This document shows, one piece after another, positions 12,790 to 25,168 of a stretch of 64,000 nucleotides of DNA. The notes below the pieces were generated by a model. It ran no database searches and was not told the origin of the DNA. It worked only from the letters and a program-made list of their open reading frames with translations. Within the stretch, counting starts at the first letter, position 1. The number at the start of each line of letters is the position of its first letter. The position numbers were made by a program, and so were the translations under genes. Origin of the DNA: Dicyema japonicum (taxonomy: Eukaryota > Animalia > Dicyemida); contig RDEW01000008.1 of NCBI GenBank assembly GCA_011109175.1, positions 1,555,447 to 1,619,446 on the forward strand, in the 5' to 3' direction.

Positions 12790-13300
12790 CTTCTCTATAA
12801 TATCGTCCTTCCAATCAATAATTGGTAGATCTAATAAAACATATATCTCAGTTTTGTTTAAAAATAGTGGCCTTCCAAAACCAATTGTGTTGATTAACAA
12901 ACACGGTTCTTTTCATTGTCCTTGTCAAATATTCCAGCAAAACATCGAGTATGTTTTTGTTGCGTGGAGATTAGCGCTAGTGGACACTACGCTCCACAGA
13001 TTCAATTCATTTTACCGAATAACTATTCGTATATTGGGCCCTCATACTGGATCATCAGTCACTTCCCTACTAACGAAAGCTACGCCTGTAGTCGCGGATC
13101 CAGATTCTTTCGCGTCTTTGAGATTGATGGAAACCCACTTCTCCTGTTTATAGCCAAGAAAAAAGAAAGACGGTTGGTACAAAATCAGATTCCTCTACAG
13201 GAATGAGAGGGGGCTCTTTCGTATGCTGTGGGAACAATGGAAGACCACAGACGTTGGATGGCGCAGTTGATTGTGGGAACTGGGATCACCTAACTATTTG
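12790..13300 (+). mobile_element. Ingi-like LINE C-terminal fragment
   Basis: IEY…AW motif. Ends AVGTMEDHRRWMAQLIVGTGIT* (GGGATCACCTAA at about 13282). The 3' arm of the hairpin is lost. Confidence 0.75.
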
Positions 13301-13699
13301 AGGATAACATCTCTATCAATATCTCTGTCCGAATCTGTTTACTCTTAATGGAAGAAACTATTAAAAATTAGTAAGGAGTACTGCGCAAGTGAAACCCTAA
13401 ATGTTCACATTCTATGGGGAAGTGGAAAAAGCTGTTAATTAATTAACTGAAATTAAATTTTCGAGTGATATTAACCGATTGGAGCATCTTAATTTTTGTA
13501 TCTCTGTTGAACCTGAATATGCTTGAAAGTGCAATGATACGTTTTAATAGTTTCATATAGCGCTATCTTGTTCTTGATGGACTCATTGCTATCATTAAAA
13601 ACCTTCGAAAATTAATAATCTAATTAATAATTCCCTTATTTCTCCTCAAAGTAGACTAACCCAATGAGAGATTTGAACCAACACCATAGTAACTCGACA

Positions 13700-13837
13700 G
13701 TTCATTGACTCACGCGCAACAAAAAGAAAATAAGAATCTAAGAGCATTCATTTGTTCTCTTTCAATGATTAGTTAGTATGACCGTTCTTTACTTTAAAAT
13801 AAAGTGTGTATCCTGTCTATGTGGAGCTATAAATATT
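13700..13837 (+). mobile_element. tRNA-derived SINE family T, 3' half
   Basis: Shares GTTCTTTACTTTAAAATAAAGTGTGTATCCTGTCTATGTGGAGCTATAAAT with 56962-57284. Interrupted by the MITE. Confidence 0.75.
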
Positions 13838-13990
13838 ACTAGACACCTAAGAAGGGCCTGCCGGGAGCTTCGATTGTTTGATAAACGACGTTAGTCTCTT
13901 CTGGGACTTCCACAGCCCGGACTTGTATACTTATTAAAGCTCAATGTTGTGTGTATGTATATATGTGACACGATAATTCAGGTGTCTAGT
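13838..13990. mobile_element. MITE with terminal inverted repeats
   Basis: ACTAGACACCT (13838-13848) and AGGTGTCTAGT (13980-13990) form a perfect 11-bp inverted repeat. Related sequence (CCCGGACTTGTA…AGGTGTCTAG) occurs at about 41400-41510. Confidence 0.65.
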
Positions 13991-14649
13991 TTTGATTTAA
14001 AATGCTTAGGAGACTTGAAATAAGTATTTTATTAGTTTAAATTAGCGGTCATTCACGTGGGCTGTCCCCCATCTCCTGGATCTCTGGGACTTTTATTAGT
14101 GCCTAGAAATGATTAAAGTTGAAAGTTTTTAAAATTATTAGGTCACGACACTTGACAGGATGATATTGATCGAAATTATAAGAAACTCAAATTCTTCATA
14201 TCTGGTTAACTCACTTTTCGGCGATGTTTTTATTTGTTCAAAACATTTTTTAATTAAAATCCGTCCATTTATCCGCGATTTATGGTGCCATATACATACA
14301 GCATTGAGCTCTAATTAGTATATAAATGGCTCTCGTAAAAGGGCTGTATAAAAGTACATCCAATCTTAATCATCTCACCAACTGACCCTTTATCTAGCTT
14401 GGTAGACCTGTATCTTGAATCTGGAGAGTTAGACTGTCTAAAGTGTGGAGGATTATTATTTAATCGATCTCTGTAAAATTGAGTTAATACAATTAAATTT
14501 ACGCTCTGAAGAAGCTAGTAGATAATCTGAGCTACTATTAAGAATTATCGATTCTATTCTTAGACATAAATGTAAATAAATTTGACAAGCAACTTTATAT
14601 CATATAAAATTAAAATAAAATCAAAAACGAACTAATCTACTAATACCAA

Positions 14650-16600
14650 CTACAGTCTATTGAATTTGAGACGTTTTGTCACTTTCTTGACTTCTTTCCC
14701 CGTTTTCTATATTTGAATTAATCTAACATAAATAAAAAAAAAAACTTGTCTATTTTCTGTAATAAACTCGATGATTGTTGTTTTCCTGAATTCTGCAGTT
14801 TTACTCTCCACCAAATATTGCATGTAGTCATCGAAAAATAATCTCATCAAATGAAAGGATCCAAAAGTTAGGCAAGATCGCAAGGTCAGATCCCTAATAA
14901 CAATGGACCTTAAAATTATGTTAGCCTTTACATGTGTGTCGACCATTTTAGCATTAATTGCTGCCCTGCTTTTTGAAAATCCTTTTCTGATGTGAATGGT
15001 GCAAGAACAATGTTGACAATTTCTTCCAACCACGTGGTCCATTGCTCGATTTTTGAGAATTGGGAAAGTCCAGTAATAAAATCAGTTTGGATTTTTTGTA
15101 CAAAGTCAGTCTTGCAGTTGGAAATCCAGTACATTTGATCCTAGAATGAAAAACAAAATAACCTGAATTTCCCCGAGGTCGATTTTTGAGATGTCTGAGC
15201 ACATCCCTTTAAGTAGTGCTTGATCACCGAGAATTCCTCGTGTTGCTTGGGAAAGATGTTGAAGTTTAGTGTATCTTCTTAGCGTTTGGACAAACCCAGA
15301 AACCGCATTGATCTAAAAATCTTTTGAAAATACAACTTTTTTAGAAACAAGTCTTTCACTAAACTCACGAGACGTCAAGGCGGAGAATAGTTTGGTCTCC
15401 AAGGATTTAGAAAACGTTCTGATATTTTGTGTGTGAGAAGCTAAAATTTAGTTTCCAAAAAAACGTGTGGTATCTTGCAAAATGTCTGGAATCAATAAGG
15501 AAACGAGATGCTGATATAGAATGCAATCGGAAGTGAAGATATAATCCACAACCTCATCAGAATTTACAAGTTCTATCATATTTTCAAAGGAATTTCTAAC
15601 ATTAACATCAAAAATACCTTTTCTTAACAAAATTTCCCCAAAAATCAGTCCATATTGTTGGCACGAGTTTGAAATTAAATTGATTCACAGCTTCTTTGAT
15701 TTCCTAAAGATATCTATATATTTATACATTGCAGTGTTTTCTGTAGAGATTCTGAAAAATATTCACAAGATCATGGAGTTTATTAATATTTATGGTTATC
15801 TTTTTAACATCAATTTGCCCGAAAGATGGCATTTCAGCAGAAACTCGTGGAACTCTTCTTGTTATGACAGTATTTTCGTTAGAAAAATAAGAGTCAGATT
15901 TTCCGAATAAGATGACTTCTTTTGAAAATGGGTTTTTATGATTTGGTCTATGAATATATTATGTGAACAACTGAGTGAGAATTTTAAACGTCTGAAGTTT
16001 CTGGGAGTTTGAATTTCGTCTTTTATTATCCTATTTAATTTGGACCCCATCTTTATTTTTATTCCATAATAATGGTATTTTGAATTCCCCCTTACAATGC
16101 TAAACACACTAAACCTTGTTCCTAGTCTCCTCGTTTTTAATAAAGGAAATACTGAACGGATCAGCTTTCCAAACGACGCTTGATTCATTGGAGGATGACC
16201 ACTTTCATTGCAATATCCCCTGTAGTGTGAGTAAAGAGTGCAACGAGGTAAGCTTACTCCTTCAGCTGTTTCATAGTTAGCAAGAAGCCAATTGGCCTGC
16301 AATAACTCAATTTTTACTCACCGTGGCTGATGAGGCGCGTGAAGATAAAGAGGAGTAACGTGGGTAGTTATCGTCATATTGCAGGCTAGGATTCCTCGAG
16401 TAACGTATTTCCTGTTGTACATTGTACATAGGTGCGGCACTCTTAAATTACATTACTACTAAATACCTGTGGATAAAAAGAATTCGAGTAAATTATGGGC
16501 TGATCAAAGTCATATGAATTTCTAAATTGAAATAAAATTTAAACCTTTTATTATTGTCAGGGAAAATTTCGGATGCGGAATAATTTTGTTTGCTATCCAT
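14650..16600 (-). CDS. RFX-family winged-helix transcription factor (RFX1/2/3, DAF-19-like)
   Basis: DNA-binding domain SRASSAT|[25 protein letters not shown]…[24 protein letters not shown]|GNSKYHYYG. Dimerisation domain [31 protein letters not shown]. Many mini-introns. Likely ATG at 16600 and TAG at 14650. Confidence 0.93.
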
Positions 16601-18282
16601 TGGGGACGTTGTTACTAATAACTAAACGTCTAAGTTGTACATTGTTTGACGTAATGAATCTCAGAATGTTGGAATGGCTGCCGATCACGGGGGGAGTTGG
16701 ATCTTACAATGTTGGGGGTTGATCTTCCCTACACATTTATCATTCAAGCTACTATTGATAAATTCGACATATTTGATTGCATAATGAAGGGCCTTTTCTA
16801 ACCTGTAAATAATCATTGTTTGCAAAAAAACAAATTTCACGCATTTATATTGCGGGCAAATTAAGTATGTTGTTGAGGCATTAATATAATTTAAGTAACA
16901 TAGAAATAGTTGCATAGATATTGTTGGTAGATACTGTTACCGTTTTGATATGGATCTAAGCAACCATATTTTATTTGTTTTTAGGTATCTCCATTTTAAA
17001 ATAATTATTAAAAATTAATTTTATTTTAAATTATTTTTTAATTTATTATCATTAAATAACTTCACATTAAATATTTTTTTAATTTGTTACAAACCAATTT
17101 TTATTGCATTTTCTTAACTTTTTTCTGTGATTATCTTTATCTTTAAACATTTTCTGACTCGACTAATACAATTTCAAATAATTTCCTTAGATAAGTAATC
17201 AATCATAAAAATAATCCACACTTAATTATGTGGTTAAGAGAATAATGGAACCCTATTCATTTCAAACTAGCACAAAAGTGTGGTTCTATGAATAATAAGT
17301 TTTCATTTCTTTGTTGGTGAATTTGCAGACTAATAAAACTATTAATTATTCTATTTTGAATTGGTTCATTGTGTAGCTATTGTTTCACAATTATAGTTCA
17401 CTCAATTTGGCCAATTAGTGTATTTTAAAATTGCTTGCATTTCTCACCAATTAATGGTTCTCTGAGGCATTCAAGTTTTTTGCAGACGTGCGGTTTGAAT
17501 GGGCCTAGACTTGTTTATTGTCTTTCAATTTTATGGATAATTAACGATTCGTGAATTTAAGATTTTTTATTGTTCTTCCAGATCAAACTCTGATTTGAAT
17601 AACTTTATTCTTAAAATAGTCGTTTCTCTAAAAAAATTTAAGGCATATTTTTGAAAATTTTAAACACATCATTTCCTAAGCGTAGAGCAATTTCAAAAGT
17701 CAATCGATTAAAATTTTCGAAAATCATTTTTAACTCAGTATTTTTCAAGCGTTAATTTTTCACAATTCAGATCAGACGAGATTTCGAATCCAGACATTGG
17801 TCCAGCCTAACTTCCTTAATTATTATTTTGGGTTTCTCTCCAAATTCTACTGAAAGGGAGAATCGTGGATACAGAAAAACAGCGGTTAGTATGGAAAGCC
17901 TCACCCGCATAATGAGGTCTACCGAGATCACATGATTAGTTTGGTTTAAGATTTTATTGCCAATCAATGAATCAGATTCTAATTAAGGTAGAAGCAGCAA
18001 AAGGAGAGTCCGTTAAAGATCATCACCAGAACCGCCCTCGAGTGTCCAGTACTTTAAGACTGTTACCATGTTCAACCATGGCCGATGTCCCCACTCAAGC
18101 CCTTCGATTTCTGTCTAGATAGATTAGAAGTCTAAAAAGTCAGTTTTTGTCTACATTGGACACTTATTAGGTGGGAAAAATTAATTTTTACCTCCCGAAT
18201 AAAATTACACATTGAAGACAAAGAATTTAGTGTTACTGAGTATGAAAATAAAAAAAAGGATTTATATAAGAGAGGCTGTTAG

Positions 18283-18552
18283 TAAATATTGGCCGCTTGG
18301 TGTCATGTGATTGAAGATTGCTCCTCCTCCCCTCTGGAGGCGTCATTGGATCCACTTTACTCAGAAGACGCCTAATGCATGGCCGGCATTCAAATAGATC
18401 CATCTATTCGGTTCCTTGTGACGAGTTCTGTAATCGACCTCAGCTCCTCGGATAACGCTCTCTGGATCACTGTGCTTGGGCGAGAGGTCATGCTGGACGC
18501 CTCAGGATCGAGGAATTAGTTTGGTTTTAGCCTTGGTCTTTGGAATAATTTA
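18283..18552 (+). mobile_element. Non-autonomous LINE-derived element, family B
   Basis: 5' AAATATTGGCCGCTTGGTGTCATGTG head, pseudoknot module at 18339-18402, and 3' hairpin AGGATCGAGG-AATTAG…-CCTTGGTCTT with an AT tail. Homologous to 49731-49950. Confidence 0.75.
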
Positions 18553-19464
18553 ATAGATATACTCGTCTATACTATATTTACTTAAGTAGAACCTAAACTA
18601 AAAGCATTTTTAATCGGCTAATCTGGTCGAAGATGATGCTGTGGCTCTCTTACAAAATATCTAAGCTTTATTGGAGACCTATCTTGTTTTAGTTTCTTCT
18701 GACGTGGAAGAACTAAACGGAACACTAAGAAAACTTCGAAAAGTACCAGGTTCTGACCCTTGCTGTTCAAACTAAAAGAACATGAACAAAAGTCTCACAT
18801 CCGTCACCTCCTATATGCTAAGAGAAGAAAGAATGAAAGTTTTCATCCATTGAAGTTAAGTAGACGTCACATCTAAACATCTCAGGCTTCCAACCAATTA
18901 ACCACGTGGTTAACTGGTCCATGTAGTTCACTTTAATCAAACAAATTAAAAATTCTACTGAAATCGCTTTAACTAAATCAGTTGAATAAAATTAAGTTAT
19001 TTAACTGGAAATTAATCAATTATTTGAAAATAAATCAATATTGATATTTTTTTCTTTGTCACTAATATACTTGAAATTAAACTTAGGCCTCTCAGCTTGA
19101 GATCAATTTATGTTTGATAGTCAATTGTCATTCACTCAAAAAAATCTCTGATGTGGAACGTCACTTGTGTCGGTTCCTTCTCTGTCTCTCGTATTGCTTT
19201 ATCAGACTCCCCAAATAATGACTTAGCCATGAATATGAAGCTAAAAATATGCTGAGTCTGAAATCTCCTTCGAAGCCTCACTAAAGAACCATTACCGAGA
19301 ATCGAAATGGAATCATGAAAAGTTTCAGAGGTAGTAACTTATAATGACTATTATCCGCTGAAATGCTCTCTTTTGGTCTTTTAACTGCATTAAACTAACT
19401 GATTTTATTTGGTTTTGTTTTTAATTACTTACTGAACTGTACAGGATTTACCTCAAACTTTTTA

Positions 19465-19770
19465 TACCCCACATGTTCAGGGCAGACACTTTATTTTAAG
19501 AAATTAATTAATTGTTGAGAGGGAATTCTTAACTTCTTTCAATTTGGAATTGTAAAAGAGGGCCAAGGAATGTTATTAACATCTTTCTTTTTAGTTGCAT
19601 CTGAGACCCACCAGACGATTCGGTTCTCCAGTGAGATATCTTAGTTGTGACCTTATTCGTCAAGCCAGGAAACAGTAGATGTATTGAACTTTCAGATAGA
19701 CTGTACGGTATTGAGATTTAAATTGGGATGCATCTGAATTTTGTCAACCACTTATGACCCTGAGCCATCC
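19465..19770 (-). mobile_element. tRNA-derived SINE family T, diverged
   Basis: The reverse complement retains GGCTCAG, CTTGACGAATAAG…CACTGGAGAACCGAATCGTCT and AAATAAAGTGTCTGCCC blocks. Confidence 0.6.
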
Positions 19771-20499
19771 CGCGAAAATATTCTTATGAAAAATTTTCCT
19801 TAGACAAATCGGACAACTCTAAAAGTAATTTGATATAATTTTGGAGGTTTTTACTGTCTCTTTGTTTTTCCCCGTTTATTCATCGGCTTCAACAGTGGCC
19901 TTCTAGCAAATTCCAATGAAAAATTCCAATGAATTTGCTAGAAGTTTTATCTAAGGTTTGTTTAGTCGAAAAGAATTACGACTGGAGTTATTAATGATAA
20001 AGAAAATTTCCAAATTTCTCGAAATAGACACTATTTTAAGTGAAGAGTCTAGAATACGGAGCACCGTCTATATGAGAGAACGAGATGCACCTTATGTAAC
20101 TCATGGGGATCGACGGAGCTTTATCGACATATACCATAAATGCACTTGGAGGCCACAGTGAGGTCATATCTTCCGTGAACGGAAAAGTTTTACTATCTCT
20201 TTAGTTGTGGAAGAAGACTTCCGAAAAATTGGAAACTATCTTAAGGATGAATGTGACCTCGAAAAGCTACTCGTTCTAGTGTGAAAATAGATAAATAAAA
20301 ATCCTGACCACGTGGATAGTTATGACCATGGCATCTAAACATCGTGTTAAAACTAATTCCCTGAAACTAAATCTGTTATGACTTGATATCGATTTCATTT
20401 AAAACTCATTTAATCAATAATGCCTTTCATTTTCCTGTCTACTTTTAAATTTGACCGACATAACGTATTATTTTCTTTTATTAGGTACCTCTCTGCCTT

Positions 20500-20816
20500 A
20501 GCCGAAATGGCTCAGTGTCATAAGTGTAAAGACCTGATTACCCCTGGTTCGAATCTCGCTGCTGTTCCTAACGGCTGAAGGTTTCACGCATCTTAGATGC
20601 TTTGATTGACGAGTGACGTCGTCATGAGTGAATACTTCACTGCGACCCGGATCGTCTATTAAGGCATACACGCAACAAAAAGAAAAAAAAGAAGTGAATA
20701 GCATTCTTCGGTTCTACCTATCTACGAATGGTTATCATAACTTACTTTACTTTAAAAATGTGTTTCCTCTCTGGGCAGAGTTATAGGTAATATGGCTTTC
20801 TCAAAAGTGCGGTTTT
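20500..20816 (+). mobile_element. tRNA-derived SINE family T
   Basis: A-box TGGCTCAGTG and B-box GGTTCGAATC. Body TTGACGAGTGACGTCGTCATGAGTGAATACTTCACTGCG. Tail AAAAGTGCGGTTTT. Confidence 0.88.
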
Positions 20817-21232
20817 ATTATTTTTATTTTTTCTGATTTTTTGCTCACCATAAAATTGGATTTTACTTTAAAAAACCATTGATTCCATAAAATCAATCCA
20901 TCACTTTCAATTTCTGACAACTTTATTGAGGAATTCTGCACATGTTAGCGCACGTTAGATCAGGTTAGTTGCTTTCATCCTTTCATTAATGGAATTACGA
21001 GAAATTGATTTTTTAATCTCTCAGAAAAGATTTCTGACACGTGGGAAATGGATGCTTAGTCATTCTGTTGAATAAATTTTATAATTTGAATTTTATAATT
21101 TTTAGCCACGCAGTCAGGGCAGCCGCTTTATGACATTTACTCTCTTTTCCTTTTCAAATAATAATTTTCTATTTGAACTTAAACACGTTTAATTTTTATT
21201 TAACTAACGCGTGAAAAGAAATTCTCATGCAA

Positions 21233-21445
21233 ACCGCGTGGCGCCTTGTGGTGCTTTGTCTCTGGAGCCCTCATTAAACAAAACTCCGGCATGCGGGAAG
21301 GTGGCCCTGCAAATACAGTCAGCCGCCCTATACGAGCTTGTGTGGGTACGAGAGAGGAGCACCGGGAAAAAATGAGGATTTTGGCGGAGCGCATCGGATC
21401 ACGTGATAGTTATTTGGTTTTACGTGGTTTTGGGTGTTAAATAAA
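21233..21445 (+). mobile_element. Non-autonomous LINE-derived element, family C (5' head fused to LINE 3' end)
   Basis: Head CCGCGTGGCGCCTTGTGGTGCT is joined to RPIRACVGTREEHREKMRIL…GGATCACGTGA. Stem GGATCACGTGA/TTACGTGGTTT. Confidence 0.75.
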
Positions 21446-22499
21446 TTATAAATGTGGCTAAAAAAAGTATTTTAATCGATTTGATGGCGGATTGAGGGGA
21501 TTAAAAAATGAACTCGAAAATACATACAACCTAGATGTCCTTCGAAAAAGCCTTCTCAAGGAGAGAGTAGAGGAATCTATCATGGAAGATTATCAATGGT
21601 ATGCATAAGAGACGAGAAGATAACTTGGACTCATTCTCCTCATTAATTAGCAATCAAATTGATAAGCATAATGGAAAGGCAAAAAACCTCATAAGTAATT
21701 TTCTAATTTGTGACATAAGCTCTATAATGTTACCAGCATTAAATCCTTATTTATTTTTTACAGTTTTAAAATATCTTTTATAGAGAAAAATCCCCTTTCT
21801 TTAAAAAAATTAATAGAATCCTCAATATTTTTAGGTAGATTAAAGAGATTAAGTTGTTTCCACATGAACAGTAATGACAACGTGGAGTATTTGTAGATAA
21901 AAAATTAAAAAAATAATAAATAAAAAATAAAATTATTCGTAAGAAATCATTATTTAAATATTTACTTTTTAACTAAAAAAGTACCATATATTGATTTTGT
22001 TGCAGGAAAGTGGCGGTCATTATCTAAATAAGCACCAGATTAACTAAAATGAATAATAGTCTCTGCAATCTCGCGGATGATGCGCTTGACAAGCATGATG
22101 GAAAGTCTCTGGACATGTATTGAAAATGGACCTGGAAGCCACAGCGAGCGTGATCATGGATGATTTCTTAAGTTCTCTTTTGAAAAAAACTGTCCAAGTG
22201 ATGTTTTTGGTCTTCAGATTTTTATTAAAATCAGATTTGATGCAAACAGCATAGCCTATTTTTATATTATTTTTTTGAAACTTTTTATTTGCATTTTCTT
22301 GCACCTTTCTTTTTAAAACTTTCGAAATGTTCCGATGTTTGATGATCTAATTCAATTTCTGAAAGAGAACAAGTTTTTGAATTTCATTTTCTGAAAAATG
22401 TTCAGTTCTTTGGGTTGGTGTTCAATGTTAAGTACTTTGGTTCTTTATTATCAGACAGCCAATCAAATTATTAGATCTAGATTGAAATAAAGTTTTCGC

Positions 22500-22985
22500 T
22501 AACCAACGCTTCAGCGATTGAGTATAGCGTTCTAGTTGCCGTGTGATTGAGGGTCTCTTGGTCTTCTATGAATCGCCTTTATCCCTAAATCACATAATAA
22601 TCTTGAAACTTCAAAGTTACAAAACTCTTTTCCATAATCCGTATGTAAGATTGCAGGTGGCCCATGCGGCATATTCAATCAGATACAATATCAATCAGAT
22701 ACTTCAGTCTCCTTTCAGAGGCCGCTATGTTGAGAAATATGCAGGACTTCCTACGTATTTGCAAGGAGCTAGAAACCCATTCAGAGAAAGGGCGGTCCAT
22801 GTGGATGGAATTCAGTCCAATAGAATAAAAAAGTGAACTCCGGTAGAATTTTTCTGCAGACATAAAAGAAGACACACTTCTGTGTGCAGTTGGATCGCTC
22901 GAGGATAATTCGAGAAATGTCGAGGCTGTGATCACCTAATTAGCGAGTTAATACTTTCTTGGTGGTTTTGGGGTTTTAAAAATAA
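22500..22985 (+). mobile_element. Ingi-like LINE 3' fragment (subfamily shared with 30250 and 55925)
   Basis: TYLQGARNPFRERAVH matches 30310-30495. Ends GTGATCACCTAATTAG…GGTGGTTTTGGGGTTTTAAA. Confidence 0.8.
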
Positions 22986-23744
22986 ATGACAGCTGTCAGA
23001 TTACAAATGACAGGTGATGGTAACCAGTCCAGCATGCTACATATTATTATGTACTTTTGTTTCTGTACTTATTATCGTATCTACACTAACTTCCACATCA
23101 CATTAGTGACTGAATTGTACTGAATGGGTTTCCAACTTCTAAGACTGTTTTAACCCGTATTATGGGGGAAATGCAGACGTATACCTTGCAACTTAGTTAT
23201 AGAAGAGTCATTAGTTGTTTCATCTAGTTTCTGGATGATTACTAGTTTTTTGGTGAAATTAGTAGTTACAATTTGCCACATCATTTTCAAAAAAGTAAAT
23301 TACTATCATGTATCAGGTATAATACTCCATTAATCTGAATTAGTTGTTCCCACGCATTAAAAAAGAAGACTCAGTTAAGTCGACATTGATTTTATCAAAA
23401 AATTCAGCAGGAGCACGTGAATGTTATTCTTTTGTAATTCATCTAACATTTTGACAGAGAATGCCAGAATTTTATTTTTTTATTTTTGACTGATGAATTC
23501 TACGATTGTAGCCATATTTATTTTTCTTCGATTAAATGGCCCGTAAAATTCCAATTTCTCCATGTTCCATTGGAGAAGTATTTGCTTACTTTTATTTGTA
23601 ACGGACGCCAACCATCTTCTAAGAATTGGAGAAACATTTACTTACCTTTATTTGTAAATGATGCCAGCCCTCTTCCAAGAATTGGAAAAGCATCTATCTT
23701 CCATTGATTTCTCTATTGGGCTCATTCATAAGTAGGTCGGATGG

Positions 23745-23940
23745 AAAAACCAACAAAAACCGACAAATTAGGAGCGAATACGTGGCCATCAGGTGATCCC
23801 GGCCTCCTTAAAAGCTATCTCACATTCGGTCGGTGTTCGTCCCGAGATCTGTACATGTTATTTTTGGAAACTTTGGAGGTGTCAATAGGCTTCTATTCTC
23901 CTCACAAGTACCTTGAAAGAAGTTAATGTATCTGTCAGTC
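23745..23940 (-). mobile_element. 3' end of Ingi-like LINE (GIT-stop family), degraded
   Basis: SRDEHR… peptide followed by GGGATCACCTGA (GIT*), then AATTTGTCGGT as in the 9560 copy. Confidence 0.65.
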
Positions 23941-24199
23941 TGTCCGGGTAGCATTAGATTTTACGCGTAATCCCAAAATGATCTTGTAAATGATATTTTT
24001 TGCCTTAGATTGAGGTACAGGAGCAGTAAGAGGATCTCTAACTTATAAGAGGTCGAAAATTCACTTTCACAAAATGAACTATAATTAACTTTGTTTCGCA
24101 TAGACATACAGTGTGGTTATTTTGCGCAAGCATTTCGAAAAAAATATATTTCTATTTTGAAAAAAGCAGAGAATAGTCTGAAATTGGAGGAAAATATTT

Positions 24200-24810
24200 C
24201 TATTCACAAACCAAATTGACGACCCCTCCATATTACCAAGTAATTTTACGTCGAGTTAAATAGTGCCGATTGAATTTCTCTTTAATCTTGGAATGAGATA
24301 ATTAACCTGGTGCTTCTTCAGATACTTATTAAAATCATCTTTTTGAGGTGTTCCATACTTTTTACGAAAAAACTCCATGATGGAGACTATATAGGTTTTT
24401 ATTAGAGATTCACATCTTTTATTATAGAAAAATGACTATCCGACTAATTAAAATTATCTCACGTGTCTTCGCTTATACCTCTAGCGAAGATTCTTTCCAA
24501 CTGTTTACTATTATCCTCGTGTACTGTAGGTTACACAAAAGGATTCCCAAGGCGTGCGTCAAGTTCACTCTCTCAAGGGTTCTTTGAGAACAGTTGCTTA
24601 TATATTCATGGATATTTCTAACTACTTCTAACTGTCTCAAATACCCCCTATGGAATGATTCCACAACTTTCTGGAATGTCATATCCCATACTTGTTGGAC
24701 AAAATTAGGTGATAGACCTCACCTCATTATGCCTCCACACGTAGTCGGGGTTTAGTATACTGCCTCACTTAGTGGCTAAATGTTCCATATTTTTCATTCA
24801 GGTTCACATA
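24200..24810 (-). mobile_element. RLE-type non-LTR retrotransposon remnant
   Basis: MEHLATK*GSILNPDYVWRHNEVR is homologous to 30913-31317. Confidence 0.7.
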
Positions 24811-25053
24811 ATAATATTATTAACAGATTTTGAGAATCAATTCGAGGGGATGTCCCCAAGTCAAGAAAAGTCGAAATTTTGATTTTTAATATTAATGATG
24901 AGGATCAATTCATGGTTAGAGACCACGGTGGAGGTCTTAAGATGCTAAATATTTGATTTCTTATATTTTTCGCGAGCCCCAGACGTAATTCGTCAATGTC
25001 AATCAATGTCAAAAAATAATTTAATTAGTTCAAAAAACTAAGATTAATTAACA

Positions 25054-25168
25054 TAAAGTAAAGTTGTTATGACAGGTCTCAATTGTGGTCTGCAGGCATT
25101 AAGTACGCAATGGGAGCTACCTTTCATAATCGCGAGCCCAATGTTCTGGAAAGGCCATCGCGTCATAA
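25054..25168 (+). repeat. Dispersed ~115-nt repeat family D
   Basis: TAAAGTAAAGTTGTTATGACAGGTCTC…GCAATGGGAGCTAC…CGAGCCCAATGTTCTGGAA…GTCAT. Copies at 27257-27353 and 31382-31460. Confidence 0.8.

Noticed and set aside
16685-16915. 76-aa ORF with a bHLH helix-2-like stretch (LEKALHYAIKYVEFI)
   Set aside because: No basic region or helix 1 found, and the similarity is too weak to call.
22044-22440. Possible integrase-like transposon C-terminus (IKIGYAVCIKSDFNKN)
   Set aside because: No catalytic motif is visible and it is too degraded to support a call.
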